A stretch of 64,000 nt of DNA from an uncultured delta proteobacterium (GCA_963778655.1 CAVZVA010000008.1:96001-160000); one strand, 5' to 3'. Shown: positions 39,101-49,304, counted from the stretch's first letter. Notes: a model not told the origin generated them from the letters alone. Translations and numbers: made by a program.

Positions 39101-41716
39101 GACCGTGCCGCTTCCGTAGTCCGAGCTCCTGCCGTTGGTGCTGCCGCCAGTGACGCGGATGTCCTTGCTGTCGATGGTCCCGAGGTCTGTCGCGCTGGCG
39201 TAGCTCTCGTTGTTATTGCGGGCTGTCTGGTAGCTGGCCGCGTCGAAGGCCGTGTTGTAGAGCCCGATCGCGGTGTCCCAGTTGGTGCCGATGGTATCGA
39301 TCTGCACGTCCTTGGGGGCGTTCAGGTGGAACTTGAACACCGCATCCCGCGACGAATCGCTCGAGCTGCAGCCCATGCCCGAGTAGTCGGCGTTCATGCC
39401 GGCGGTCGATCCGGTCAGGCTGAATATGTGCCCGTCGAGCGTGCCCGCGTCGAACGCGGTGCCCTGCAGATCGTTGCTGCTGGGCACGGACTGCGAGCCC
39501 ACCGGGCTGGCTCCGTCGTCCGAGAGCGCCAGCACGGTGTCGAACGAGGAGCCTTCGCTCGAGATACGCACCCGGGTCGGGTTCGAGAGGCTGAACGAAT
39601 ACACGACGTCCTTGGACGCATCGGCGGCCGAGCAGCCGATTTGTGTGCCGGAGTAGTCCGCCAGCAGCCCTGCGCTCGAGCTGTCACCGCTGAAGGCTTT
39701 GATCTGGTTGTACACGTCGCCCACGGCGTACGCGCTGGCGTAGTTGTCGTTGGTGTTGTTGATCGCGGTGTAGCTCGGCGGCAGCGCGGGCGCGGCGGCG
39801 TACAGCCCGAGCACGGTGTCGAAGGCCGAGCCCGAGGTGTCGATCGCGACGTCGGTGCTGGCTGACACGTCGAAGCTGAACACCGCGTCCGGAGAGGCGG
39901 TGGCCGCGCCGCAGCTGCCGGTGTCCGACCACTGGTAGTTGGCCGTCATGGCGGAGGTGTCGCCGCTCACGCGCAGGTAGTTGTTGTGCACGTCGCCCAG
40001 CGAGAGCGCGTTGCTGCCGGCATTGTTGCCGTTGCCGCTCGCCGGCAGGTCGGTCGGCGAGCCCGGAATGCCGCTGAACAGACCCATCACGGTATCGAAC
40101 TGCGAGCCGGTCGACTCGATGGTGACGGACTTCTGTTGCGTCAGGTCGAACTTGAACACCGCGTCGTTGCCCTGGTCGCTCGACAGGCAGCTGCCGAACA
40201 TGCTGGCCGGCAGGTCGGCCTGCATGTTGGTGGTGTCGCCGGTGAAGGTCTTGTAGCTGGTGGTCAGGTCGCCCAGGGCTGCGGCGCTGGCGAAGGTCTC
40301 GTTGCCGGCCGGCAGGGGGTTGTACTGGTTGTCGCTGCCGGCCGTGATCGAGAAGCTGCTCGGGCTGTAGGCATAGGTGTTGGTGTCCGGACCGTTGTGG
40401 AACTCGGCGTCCGTGAACATCACCACGATTGGAATGGCGTTCTGCCGGAAGCAGGGATAGCCCCAGGTGAGCGACGGGCAGTCGGTGCGCGGCGGCACGC
40501 TGTGCTTGGTCGTGCCGAAGTACATTCCGCTGCCGGTGAGCAGGTTGTGCAGCCCGATCATCGACGCCTCGGGCCAGTCGTTGTTGCCGACGGTCTGGAA
40601 GCGGTTGATCGCCGCCAGCACCGCGTCCACGTCGCCGGTGATGTCCTGGTAGTTGCCAAAGGTGACCTGATCGTCGTTGGCGTAGCCCGAGAACGGGATT
40701 TCGCGGAAGAAGCCCGCGCCGAAGTTGGCGTCGCGGATCTTGCACTTGATCGCGCCCACGATGCCCTGGGTCTTGAGCTCGTTGTTGGGCTGCCTGTCGA
40801 AATCGTAGTCGGCGCAGTTGTAGCTGGCGTCGTTGACGAAGTCGCCGGTCGTCAGATCGTGCTTGATCTGATCGCGCTCCTCCGCCATCGACCCGGTCTG
40901 GTCGACCAGGAAGTACACGTCGGCCGAGTTCAGGAAGAAATCGAGATCGATCTGGCCCGTGCCGGTCTGTCCCGGGGGGATCTGCAGGAAGATGGCCGGG
41001 TTCGCGGTCGCGAACGGGGGCGTGGTCGGGTAGGGGTCGTAGTCGTTGGGAATGCCGTCGCAGTCGAGATCCTCGCCCACGCCCAGCGTGCAGCCGGTGG
41101 AGCTGGTGACCACCGACTGCCCCGCGTCGGTGCTCGGCGCACCGGCGTCGGGGTTTTCGGCCAGAGTGAGTCCGCCGCCCGGCACGAAGCTCACCGTGGT
41201 GCTGTTGTCGTTGTCGAGGCCGCCATCGACCGGATCGAGGTTGTCGGTGATGCGGAAGCACTTGACGTTGCAGTCGTTGCACTGCACCGCGCCCGCATCG
41301 GGGTCGATCAACGCGGTCTGCTGGGCCGCCTGCGGCAGCGGATAGTCGTAGATCGATTCGCAGCCCGACCACTTGCCCTTGCGGCAGTAGCGCGTGCCCT
41401 CGTGGCACATCACGGTGCCGTCGCCCGCCTGGGTCTTGTCCAGAAAGCAGCTCACGGGCTGGGTGCCGGGCGTGCAAGCGCAGCCGTCGTTGGGCAGCGC
41501 GCAACGCAAGCAGCCCTGGTGGATCGCGGGATCGTGGTCGTCGCAGTCGGCGCCCGCGCTGCAGTGCTCGCCGTAACCGTCCTGATCTCGATCGACGCAG
41601 ACCTGCGGCGCCGCTGCAGCGCCGCTTGCGGGCGCGGCCGCCGAGGGCGTGCCATTGCTCGCGGCGCACGCTGCGAGCGCAAACAGCCCCAGGCCCAGGG
41701 TCGATCGACATTTCAT
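36197..41716 (-). CDS. Giant lipoprotein: MopE-like motif, integrin-beta-like VWA domain, nested PPC-like repeats, Cys-rich C-terminus
   Basis: Lipobox LAAC; CVDRDQDGYG..DCDD; MIDAS DQTGS; FTDAEFH; 7+7 PPC half-repeats. Confidence 0.88.
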   Translation of the reverse strand: MKCRSTLGLGLFALAACAASNGTPSAAAPASGAAAAPQVCVDRDQDGYGEHCSAGADCDDHDPAIHQGCLRCALPNDGCACTPGTQPVSCFLDKTQAGDGTVMCHEGTRYCRKGKWSGCESIYDYPLPQAAQQTALIDPDAGAVQCNDCNVKCFRITDNLDPVDGGLDNDNSTTVSFVPGGGLTLAENPDAGAPSTDAGQSVVTSSTGCTLGVGEDLDCDGIPNDYDPYPTTPPFATANPAIFLQIPPGQTGTGQIDLDFFLNSADVYFLVDQTGSMAEERDQIKHDLTTGDFVNDASYNCADYDFDRQPNNELKTQGIVGAIKCKIRDANFGAGFFREIPFSGYANDDQVTFGNYQDITGDVDAVLAAINRFQTVGNNDWPEASMIGLHNLLTGSGMYFGTTKHSVPPRTDCPSLTWGYPCFRQNAIPIVVMFTDAEFHNGPDTNTYAYSPSSFSITAGSDNQYNPLPAGNETFASAAALGDLTTSYKTFTGDTTNMQADLPASMFGSCLSSDQGNDAVFKFDLTQQKSVTIESTGSQFDTVMGLFSGIPGSPTDLPASGNGNNAGSNALSLGDVHNNYLRVSGDTSAMTANYQWSDTGSCGAATASPDAVFSFDVSASTDVAIDTSGSAFDTVLGLYAAAPALPPSYTAINNTNDNYASAYAVGDVYNQIKAFSGDSSSAGLLADYSGTQIGCSAADASKDVVYSFSLSNPTRVRISSEGSSFDTVLALSDDGASPVGSQSVPSSNDLQGTAFDAGTLDGHIFSLTGSTAGMNADYSGMGCSSSDSSRDAVFKFHLNAPKDVQIDTIGTNWDTAIGLYNTAFDAASYQTARNNNESYASATDLGTIDSKDIRVTGGSTNGRSSDYGSGTVSCGGWGRYNSPDVAYKFHLNSDTRVRVDLDGSSYDTLLSLQQGPGSDTSAALPSNSNDTESTAYSVGNINNKSLVFTGNDGSLSHDYNIGCGSDGQARDAVFRFTVSSTTQVQLDTVGTSWDTELGLYPSTISTAAPATDVGNSNKTFGSAYDMGTLNGNSFLFSGSTSGADDDSNDQNCSANKHAEDSFFTFAITGSGSKSVTVTSSGSGFTPVIQLYKRSGSNWSYQSCNDSSLTQNLSSGTYAIMLKGTSPNSAGSYTLVVKDNAASTTSSNQITCDDDSGGSYTSEITTTLSPGTYNLVVTGYSSSNSGSYNVRLRDLSWWNSLGEIACNDDISGSDSSSRIEQDLTAGDYWFIVESGSWSSSGSYALRVLDVNHPPSGASVLACDDNSGGGTQSKITQTALPAGDYYVMLKGHSASDSGSYKLNIKDLSVASSGAIVQCDDNGGDNPSSLIERDLPAGTYKVIVKGRNASDQGAYKLQIRDETNKPYSILACDNDGGPSMTSSLERVLNPGTYYLTLKGHSASAKGAYSLALRDVANRPLSSTACNDNGSSYSTSKITQTLNPGTYYVALKGKNGSEKGAYQLSLGGGTTHTDSYTPPDWSTTLAAIQSTEAHVITILSCHDDPVNGDNGFSHDCVHARAQAVSLANASNALGANLQPLVFDIDSDGTGLSNAVVGAVGELAKYLEMNVSVRVLFDPDPNPGFVVNVTAVDQAGDGCQGVVGITHQKCAPGATPRFRITFENPDAPSSVPLNPNDPKGGYNFRAELIGDNQFIVDKVPIYIIPEAPAMGPPPPTQYYSQGTYWQDSGSPGCTGNQAPDWRDLSWNADVYGNTTVTFSACTAQTQADLDTCTPHEIATVTGSGTCTTTADCPQGYCDTALSVCQIATAGGCTDNSQCAANASCDMATQRCVFSSQPVYIGGVLGAGNFQSFIRMQIDLTGTPPFTAPPVVHSWDMTYLCNQVL

Positions 41717-41749
41717 ATAGCTGTTATTTTACAGTATCAATCGGAGCGA

Positions 41750-41763
41750 GCAAGGGCATGGCC
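41750..41763 (-). promoter_or_regulatory. Putative sigma-54 (-24/-12) promoter of the giant VWA lipoprotein gene
   Basis: Minus strand GG-CCATGCCCTT-GC (GG-N10-GC ending TTGC), 34 nt before the ATG, with an AT-rich tract downstream. Confidence 0.45.
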
Positions 41764-41814
41764 CGCTGTGGGTGTCTGTCGCTCGAGGTGGTTGCTGCGG
41801 AGTCGGCCCGCTGG

Positions 41815-43353
41815 CTAGGGCCGGCAGTCGAGGTGCCGCCGCACCACGCGCAGCAGGTTATGCGCGGCGCCCGACGGATCGGCGTCGATCCAGGCGATCA
41901 TGATCTCGCCTTCGACCGAGACCGAGACGTAGGTTCGACCCTCGGCCAGCGTGGCTGGCCCGATCGGAAACGACACCAGTTTGCCGCCAGCGTCGCGGAT
42001 CACGTTGCCCTCCTTGGTCACGAAGGTCAGCCGCACCTCCGGCTCGGTGATGTCGCCGCCGGGCAGCGCGCGGTACGCCACCGCGTATCCGCCGCCCAGC
42101 GTGGCCAGCGACGCGCCCTGCGCGCGCAGCGGCGGCCCCACGATCGTGCGCTCGTCCGCCAGCGGCATGCCGTCCACGTCCAGGCGCCGGAAGCGCACCT
42201 GCGGATAGCCGTCGATCTCGATCGAGTAGATCGCCGCGCCGCCGTTGACCCGGTCCGCGAGCTCGATCGACGAGCTGGCCGCCACCTTGTCGGTGAGCTT
42301 GATCGGCACGTCGACCGCCGCGCCGTTCATGTTGAGCCGCTGCAGCCACACGCCGGGGTTCTCGAGCGGGCCGACCCAGCCGAGCGCGGCAGCGGCCTCG
42401 CCGATCTGCGACAGCGCGATCGACTGCGGCCGCTGGCCGTCGCTCTCCTTGACCACATCGTTGGGCTCGGCCGCGCCGTCGTCGAGCAGCTGCGTGGTGA
42501 TGCGGAAGCCGTCGGGCGTGACGCTCATGTCGTCGGTGATCCACGCCGCCAGCGGCCGGCCGGCCACCTCGCGCAGCACCGGCTTCTTCTCGAGCTGCTG
42601 CTGGTTGTCGGTCACCTGCCGCCGCATCTGCCCGTCGGGCACGTTCATGTCGAGGTCGAGCGCGAGCGTGTGCAGCTCGGCCATGTTGGTGAAGTTGTCG
42701 ACCCAGGCGACGCGCCAACCGTCGCTCTGCCCCAGCAGCGCCACGTCGGTCACCCGCTTGCAGTCCGGCAGCACCGAGTGCGGCTGCGGAAAGCCGGTGG
42801 TCGCCGGGATGTGCATCACGTCGATGTCCTGTGCGCAGCTGCCGCTGCCGAGGCCGCGGTAAGCCAGACCGAAGCCGGTCTGCCCCGGCACGAGCGAGAA
42901 GCCACCTTCGTCGCCGATGTCGACGTTCGTGCTGTAGGTGTCGTTCTCGGAAATGGCGCAGGTCGAAACGTCGATCTCGGGCACGTAGCGCATGAGCGCC
43001 GCGTCGATGTCGATGATATCGCCGTCGGGCAGCACGATCGCGCCGTCCGGCAGGATGAAGGTGCCGTCCGGCAAGTCGAGCGAGGCGTCGAGCCCGAGCA
43101 CGGCCGCGTCCATGGTCGCGCCCGCGGCGTCGAAGCCGAGGCCGCCGTCCATGCCCTTGCCGCCGTCGCCGGCTTGCGCCGCGTCGCTTGCGGTCGCTGC
43201 GTCGAGCCCGCCGCCGTCCTGGTCCTTGCGCTTGTCGACCGAGAAGAAGCTGTTGCTGTGCTTGCAGCCGGATTGCGCGAGCAGCGCGCAGGTGCACGCG
43301 ATCACTACGCCTGGTACCAAAGCCCGGAAGCTCGTTCCGTTGAACGCGCGCAC
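41815..43353 (-). CDS. Lipoprotein, probable 7-bladed beta-propeller
   Basis: Lipobox-like QSGC; seven spaced xxL..G..xA(W/Y) strand-pair repeats. Confidence 0.7.
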   Translation of the reverse strand: MRAFNGTSFRALVPGVVIACTCALLAQSGCKHSNSFFSVDKRKDQDGGGLDAATASDAAQAGDGGKGMDGGLGFDAAGATMDAAVLGLDASLDLPDGTFILPDGAIVLPDGDIIDIDAALMRYVPEIDVSTCAISENDTYSTNVDIGDEGGFSLVPGQTGFGLAYRGLGSGSCAQDIDVMHIPATTGFPQPHSVLPDCKRVTDVALLGQSDGWRVAWVDNFTNMAELHTLALDLDMNVPDGQMRRQVTDNQQQLEKKPVLREVAGRPLAAWITDDMSVTPDGFRITTQLLDDGAAEPNDVVKESDGQRPQSIALSQIGEAAAALGWVGPLENPGVWLQRLNMNGAAVDVPIKLTDKVAASSSIELADRVNGGAAIYSIEIDGYPQVRFRRLDVDGMPLADERTIVGPPLRAQGASLATLGGGYAVAYRALPGGDITEPEVRLTFVTKEGNVIRDAGGKLVSFPIGPATLAEGRTYVSVSVEGEIMIAWIDADPSGAAHNLLRVVRRHLDCRP

Positions 43354-43583
43354 GCTTCAATTCTACACGCGTTGCCGCCCGCGACCATCATCACGCGCAT
43401 CCTGCGCGCCGCGCGTAGCGCTGCGCGCGCACACTCTGTGCGAAGCACGCGGCTGTGCACACAACGTGGGTTGGCTGAAGCGGCCATGGCGCGGCGTTGC
43501 TTCCACGCGCGCGCTGCGACCCGGGTGCGACACGCATAACGCCTGTGCCGGAGTCTGGCCGCGCGTGCCGGAGCACGGCTATC

Positions 43584-46500
43584 ATGGTGTCCTTGACGGG
43601 TGCGCGGCGCGACCAGGACCGCGTGGCCGCCGCCGCGCGCGCGCGGCGCGCAGCGGCCGTGCACGCTTTCGCACCGCGCGTGCTGGCTCTGCTCGTCGCG
43701 CTCGCCGTCGCGGGCCAGCCGCGGCTCGCGCGCGCGGCACCCGATGCGTTTGGCTTCGGCGATGGTCACTGGGGCCCGCTGGTGGTGGACAAGCCCGGCT
43801 ACACGCTCAACCGCAGCGCGCGCGTCGAGCTCGCGGTCTCCGCCGGCGACAGCGCGATCTCGGTCGCCGATCCGAGCGTGTTCATCAAGGGCGACCTGGT
43901 GATGGTCTGGCAGGCGACCGGGCTGTCGCCGGCGCCGGCTTCGGGCAATCCCGACACGCCGGTCGATCTGACCAGCAGCGCAGTGGGCCGCTTCGAGCTT
44001 GCGCGCGTGGTCGCAGTGCAGGGCAACCAGCTGCTGCTGCAGGCACCGCTACAGACCGGCTTCGACGCCGGGGTCACGCAGGCGGTGAGCGTGCCGGAGC
44101 TGAGCAGCCTGCAGGTGCAGGGCGGCGGCAGCATCGTGGCGCCGCCGTGGAACGAGAGCGAGAAGACCGGCGGCATCGTGGCCTTCTTCGTCGCCGGCCC
44201 GGTGGTGATCGACGGCGTGATCAGCGCCAGCGGCGCCGGCTTGCCCGGCGGCGCGTACGCCGACGACGGTCCGGGGCAGAACTTCGGCTGCAGCGCGCTC
44301 GATCTCGCGCCGACCTCGGGCGCGCAGCGCGGCGCGGGCGTCGCGGCTGCGGCCAACTTCGGCAGCGGCCGCGGCAATCTCGCCGACGGCGGCGGCGGGG
44401 GGGTGTGCCAGGGCGCGGGCGGCGGCGGCGGCGGCCACGCCGGCGGCGGCGGTCAGGGCGGCAACAGCGCGCCGGCCGACGCCAGCCGCGACGTGGGCGG
44501 GCTGGGCGGCGCGGTGCTGGCGTACAGCTCGCTGCTCTCGCAGCTCACACTGGGCGGCGGCGGTGGCGCCGGTCACGGCAGTCACGGCGGCGGCAGCAGC
44601 GGCGGCGCCGGCGGCGGCGTCGTGTTCATGCGCGCGGCCTCGCTCGCCGGCGGGGGTGTGATTCTGGCCAACGGCGAGCGTCCGGCGGGCGCCTTCGGCG
44701 ACGGCGCGGGCGGCGGCGGCGCGGGCGGCAGTGTGCTGCTGCAGCTGGCGGGCAGCGCAGTGTGCGACGTCTCGGCGGCGGGCGGTGCCGGCGGCGACAC
44801 CGACGCCGACTTCGGCACCGGCGGCGGCGGCGGCGGCGGGCGCGTGCTGGTGCAGGCCCAAGACAGCAGCGGGTCCACGCTCGACGTGAGCGGGGGTGCG
44901 GCCGGCGCCGGCGCATCCGCGCTGGCCTTTGCGGCCCAGCCCGGCGCCAGCGGGGGCTTCGACACCGCGAGCGGTGCGCTGGTGATCGATCACGACGGCG
45001 ACGGGGTGTGGGACGCGTTCGAGGGTGCGGCCGATGCCGACGGCGACACCACGCCCAACTACCTCGACGACGACGACGACGGCGACGGCGTGCCGACGCG
45101 CAACGAAGGCGCGGGCAACGGCGATCCGAGCAGCGCGCGCGACAGCGATGGCAACGGCGTGCCCGATTATCTGGATGCCGACGACGACGGCGACGGGGTG
45201 CCGACGCGCAACGAAGCCGCGGGCGACGGTAGCGCGGGCGTGGCGCGCGACAGCGATGGCAACGGCGTGCCCGACTATCGCGACCCCGACGACGACGGCG
45301 ACGGGGTGCCGACGCTGCGCGAGAGCGCGGGCGACGGCAGCGCGGGCATGGCGCGCGACAGCGACGGCAATGGCGTGCCCGACTATCGCGACCCCGACGA
45401 CGACGGCGACGGGGTGCCCACGCGTAACGAGGCCGCGGGCGACGGCAGCCCCGGGGTGGCGCGCGACAGCGACGGCGACGGGGTGCCGGACTATCTGGAC
45501 GCCGACGACGACGGCGACGGGGTGCCCACGCTGAACGAAGCGGCGGGCGACGGCAGCGCGGGCGTGGCACGCGACAGCGACGGCAACGGGGTGCCGGACT
45601 ATCTGGACGCCGACGACGACGGCGACGGCGTGCCCACCAAGATCGAGCGCGCGACCGCGGCCGACAGCGACGGCAACGGGGTGCCGGACTATCTGGATGC
45701 CGACGACGACGGCGACGGCGTGCCCACCAAACAGGAGCGCGCCGGCGGCGCGAACACCGATACCGACGGCGACGGCACGCCCGACTACCTGGACGCCGAC
45801 GACGACGGCGACGGGCTGCTCAGCCGCCTGGAGGATTCTCGACGGCAACGGCACGCCCGCTGACGACGACAGCGACGGCGACCACAAGCCCAACTACCTG
45901 GACGCCGACGACGATGGTGACGGGCTGTTGACCGCCGAGGAGTCCGCGGACCCCAACCACGACGGCGACCCGGCCGACGCGCGCAACACCGACCTCGACG
46001 TGAGCCCGGACTATCTGGACGCCGACGACGACGGCGACGGGGTGCCCACCGCGGCCGAGCACGCCGACCTGAACGCCGACGGCAAACCCAGCGACGCGCA
46101 GGACGCAGACGGCGATCACACCCCTGACTACCTCGACAGCGACGACGACGGCGACGGCCTGCTCACCGAGAGCGAGCGGCCGGGCAATAAGGACCAGGAC
46201 AGCGACGGCGACGGCACGTCCGACTATCTCGATGCGGACGACGACGGCGATGGCCTGCCCACGCGCGAGGAGGCGCCCGACCCGAACGGCGACGGCATGC
46301 CGGAGGACGCGCGCGACAGCGACGGCGATCACACGCCCGACTACCTCGACAGCGACGACGACGGCGATGCCATCCCGACCGCCGCGGAGCTGGCCGACGC
46401 GCAGCGCTACGGCGACGACGTCGACCACGACGGAACGCCCAACTGGCTCGACGACGACAGCGACGGCGACGGTGTGTCAGACGCGCTCGAGGCGCAGGAC

Positions 46501-47781
46501 GGCGGCGACCAGAACCACGACGGCGTGCCCGACTACCTCGACCCGAGCTTCGCCGCCGGCAGCGGCGACCAGGATGGGGACGGCGTGCCCGATCGTCTCG
46601 AGTGCCCCGACCAGAACGCGTGCCCCGACAGCGACGGCGACGGCACGCCCGACTACCTGGACGCCGACGATGACGGCGACGGCGTGCCGACCCGCGCCGA
46701 GGACCCGCTGACCCCGCGCGACACCGACGGCGACGGCACGCCCGACTACCTGGACGCCGACGACGACGGCGATGGCCTGAGCACGGCGAGCGAGCGTCCG
46801 GGCGGGCGCGACCGCGACACCGACAAGGACGGCACGCCCGATCGCCTCGACGCGGACGACGACGGCGACGGGATTGACACCGCGGTCGAGCTCGCCGACG
46901 GCGCGCAGTTCGGCTTCGACGTGGACGGCGACGGCTTGCCCGACGAGCGCGACACCGACAGCGACGGTGACGGCTTTTCCGACCAAGACGAGGGCCGTGA
47001 CGACAACAACGGTAACGGCGTACCGGCGTATCTCGATCCCACCGAGGTGCTCGGCGACACTGATCGGGACGGCGTGCCGGACGCGCGCGAGTGCCCGATG
47101 ATGCTGCACTGTCCGGACAGCGACGGCGACGGCACGCCCGACTACCTGGACACCGACGACGACGGCGATGGCGTGCCCACGCCTGCCGAGCGGCCGGGCG
47201 GCAAGGACGTCGACAGCGACGGCGACGGCACGCCCGACTACCTGGACACCGACGACGACGGCGACAGCATTCCGACCCTAGCGGAGCGGCCCGACGGGCA
47301 GGACCAGGACAGCGACGGCGACGGCACGCCCGACTATCTCGATGCAGACGACGACGGCGACGGCGTGCTCACGCGCGACGAGCGCAACGGCCAGGCCGAT
47401 CAGGACAGCGACGGCGACGGCATCCCGGACTACCTGGACACCGACGACGACGGCGATTCGATCACGACCAAGCTCGAGGTCGAGGACAGCAAGAAGTTCG
47501 GGCCGGACGTCGATGGCGACGAGATCCCGAGCTATCTCGACACCGATTCCGACGCCGACGGGCTCACCGATCGCCAGGAAGGCCGGCGCGACAGCAGCGG
47601 CACCGGGCGACCCGACTACCTGACACCGGGCGCGCTCTCCGGCGGTGCGCTGTGCGCGGCCCGGCCCGGCGGCGCGCCGCGGCCCACCGCCTCGGGGGGT
47701 GGCGCGGGATGGCTGCTGCTCGCGCTGTGCGCGTGGCGCGCGCGCAGGCGCCAGAGATCAGGCGCCCGACTCAGGCGTTAG
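43584..47781 (+). CDS. AgmC-like surface protein with DxDxDG (TSP3-like) repeats and MYXO-CTERM anchor, split by a +1 frameshift at ~45836
   Basis: N-terminus PDAFGFGDGH..GDLVMVWQATG..VGRFELAR..TGGIVAF recalls AgmC; DSDGDGTPDYLDADDDGDG repeats; C-terminal SGGALC..WLLLAL..RRR; start codon uncertain. Confidence 0.8.
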
Positions 47782-47812
47782 TACCTCGACCCAGGAAGGC
47801 CGGCCGCGCGCC

Positions 47813-49120
47813 TCACTTCGGCATGAACACCTCGCACGGGAAGCTCGCCTTCAGCTGCTCCGAGGGCGCGCTCAAGAACTCCGCGCACACGTCTCCGACC
47901 AGCTCGATCGTGCCTGGGTCGACCAGGTGCCAGCCGTTCGGCATCGACGCCGGGGCGCCGTCGCAAGTCCAGTTGCCGTTGCCGGTGGGGTCCGGCACGC
48001 AGCACGGCAGCGGGTTGCCATTGAGCTCCACCTTGCCCATGCACTCGAGGCCGACCTTGACCTGGCCGTTGAGGGACACGTTGCACCCCACCGCGCCTCC
48101 CAGCAGGCCAGCCAGTGTCTTGACCAGCTCGTCCGGGTTGCTCGGGGTGAAGGTGTGGGCCATCGGATTGCCGGGATCGCCGTGCTTGGCGACCTCGTCG
48201 AGGTGCATCTGCAGCGTCGCGTCATCGGCCAGGCTGATCACCCAGGTGGTGATGCCGGCCGCGGCGCCGCGGTCCGCGGCCGCCAGCACCAGTGGCCTGA
48301 CGTCAGTGTTCATGCCGCCGGTGCAGATGTCATTGGGGGTGCCGTCGGTCGCCAGGATCACGTAGGTCGGGCTCTGCGCCTTCTGGTCCGGCGCCTGGTT
48401 CTGGCGCATCGCGATCAGCATGTCCATGACGTGGCTGAGCGCCTTGTCGGTTGGGGTCGAGCCGCCGATCTCCATCATCGGGAACATGCTATCGAGCGCC
48501 GCCGCGTTGTTGAGCGCGGGCGGCACTTCCACCAGGTGCGGGCAATCGGTGACGTTGTCGGGCACCGTGGCGCCTGCCGCGCACTCGGGGTTCTCGGGCG
48601 TGCCGGGCATGGCCGGCGGCATCCCGCCCGCGAAGAACGCGGTGGGATCGATCGTGCCGTCGTAGATCGTGGCGCCGAACGAGACCGAATCCTGCAACCG
48701 ATAGACCAGGCCGTTGGTCGGGTCGAGCAGCGCGGTGCGCAGCGCCTGCCAGCGCGTGGCGCCACCCAGGTCCGCGCACATACTGGCCGAGCCATCGACC
48801 ACGAACACGATCGTCGGCATGTTCTTGGACACGTTGACGAGCGCGCTGGCGCACTCGCCCATCCTGAGCCCCGCATCGGAGATGCCGCTCGTCACCGGAT
48901 GCGTGGCCGGTGCCGCCGGCGGGTTCATGGCGTTGCCGAAGGTGCCGGCGCTGCCCGAGACCCCGCTCCCGAGCTGCGAGGCGCTTCCTCCGCCTCCGGT
49001 GCTCGGGCTGGTCGAAGGTAGGTTCCTACCCGTGTCTCCGCTACCGCTGCTGCCGCACGCCAACAGAAGTCCGGTGCAGCAGCTCGCTACCATGAGCCTG
49101 CGCGACGCAGCTCCTCTCAT
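47813..49120 (-). CDS. VWA-domain lipoprotein (CglB-like architecture)
   Basis: Lipobox LLLAC; IVFVVDGSASM (MIDAS), GSTPT, VILATDGTPN. Confidence 0.85.
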   Translation of the reverse strand: MRGAASRRLMVASCCTGLLLACGSSGSGDTGRNLPSTSPSTGGGGSASQLGSGVSGSAGTFGNAMNPPAAPATHPVTSGISDAGLRMGECASALVNVSKNMPTIVFVVDGSASMCADLGGATRWQALRTALLDPTNGLVYRLQDSVSFGATIYDGTIDPTAFFAGGMPPAMPGTPENPECAAGATVPDNVTDCPHLVEVPPALNNAAALDSMFPMMEIGGSTPTDKALSHVMDMLIAMRQNQAPDQKAQSPTYVILATDGTPNDICTGGMNTDVRPLVLAAADRGAAAGITTWVISLADDATLQMHLDEVAKHGDPGNPMAHTFTPSNPDELVKTLAGLLGGAVGCNVSLNGQVKVGLECMGKVELNGNPLPCCVPDPTGNGNWTCDGAPASMPNGWHLVDPGTIELVGDVCAEFLSAPSEQLKASFPCEVFMPK

Positions 49121-49304
49121 CGCACCACCTCCGCATTCCTGTGCAAACCACCACGGCTCACCTTAGCGCACAGGCCGCACCGTGCGCAGCCGTTTACAGC
49201 GTAAAACTCGTGCGCCACCCCGGCCGAAATGCGCCATGGCCGCGGGCAAGTGTCCACGCTGCTTGCGCCGTGAGCGAAACGGACAACCACCGGTCCGCGT
49301 GCGC

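Noticed and set aside
45000..47620. DNA-level repeats as a mobile element or DGR template/variable repeat
   Set aside because: They are in-frame coding repeats of DxDxDG motifs; no reverse transcriptase or transposase is nearby
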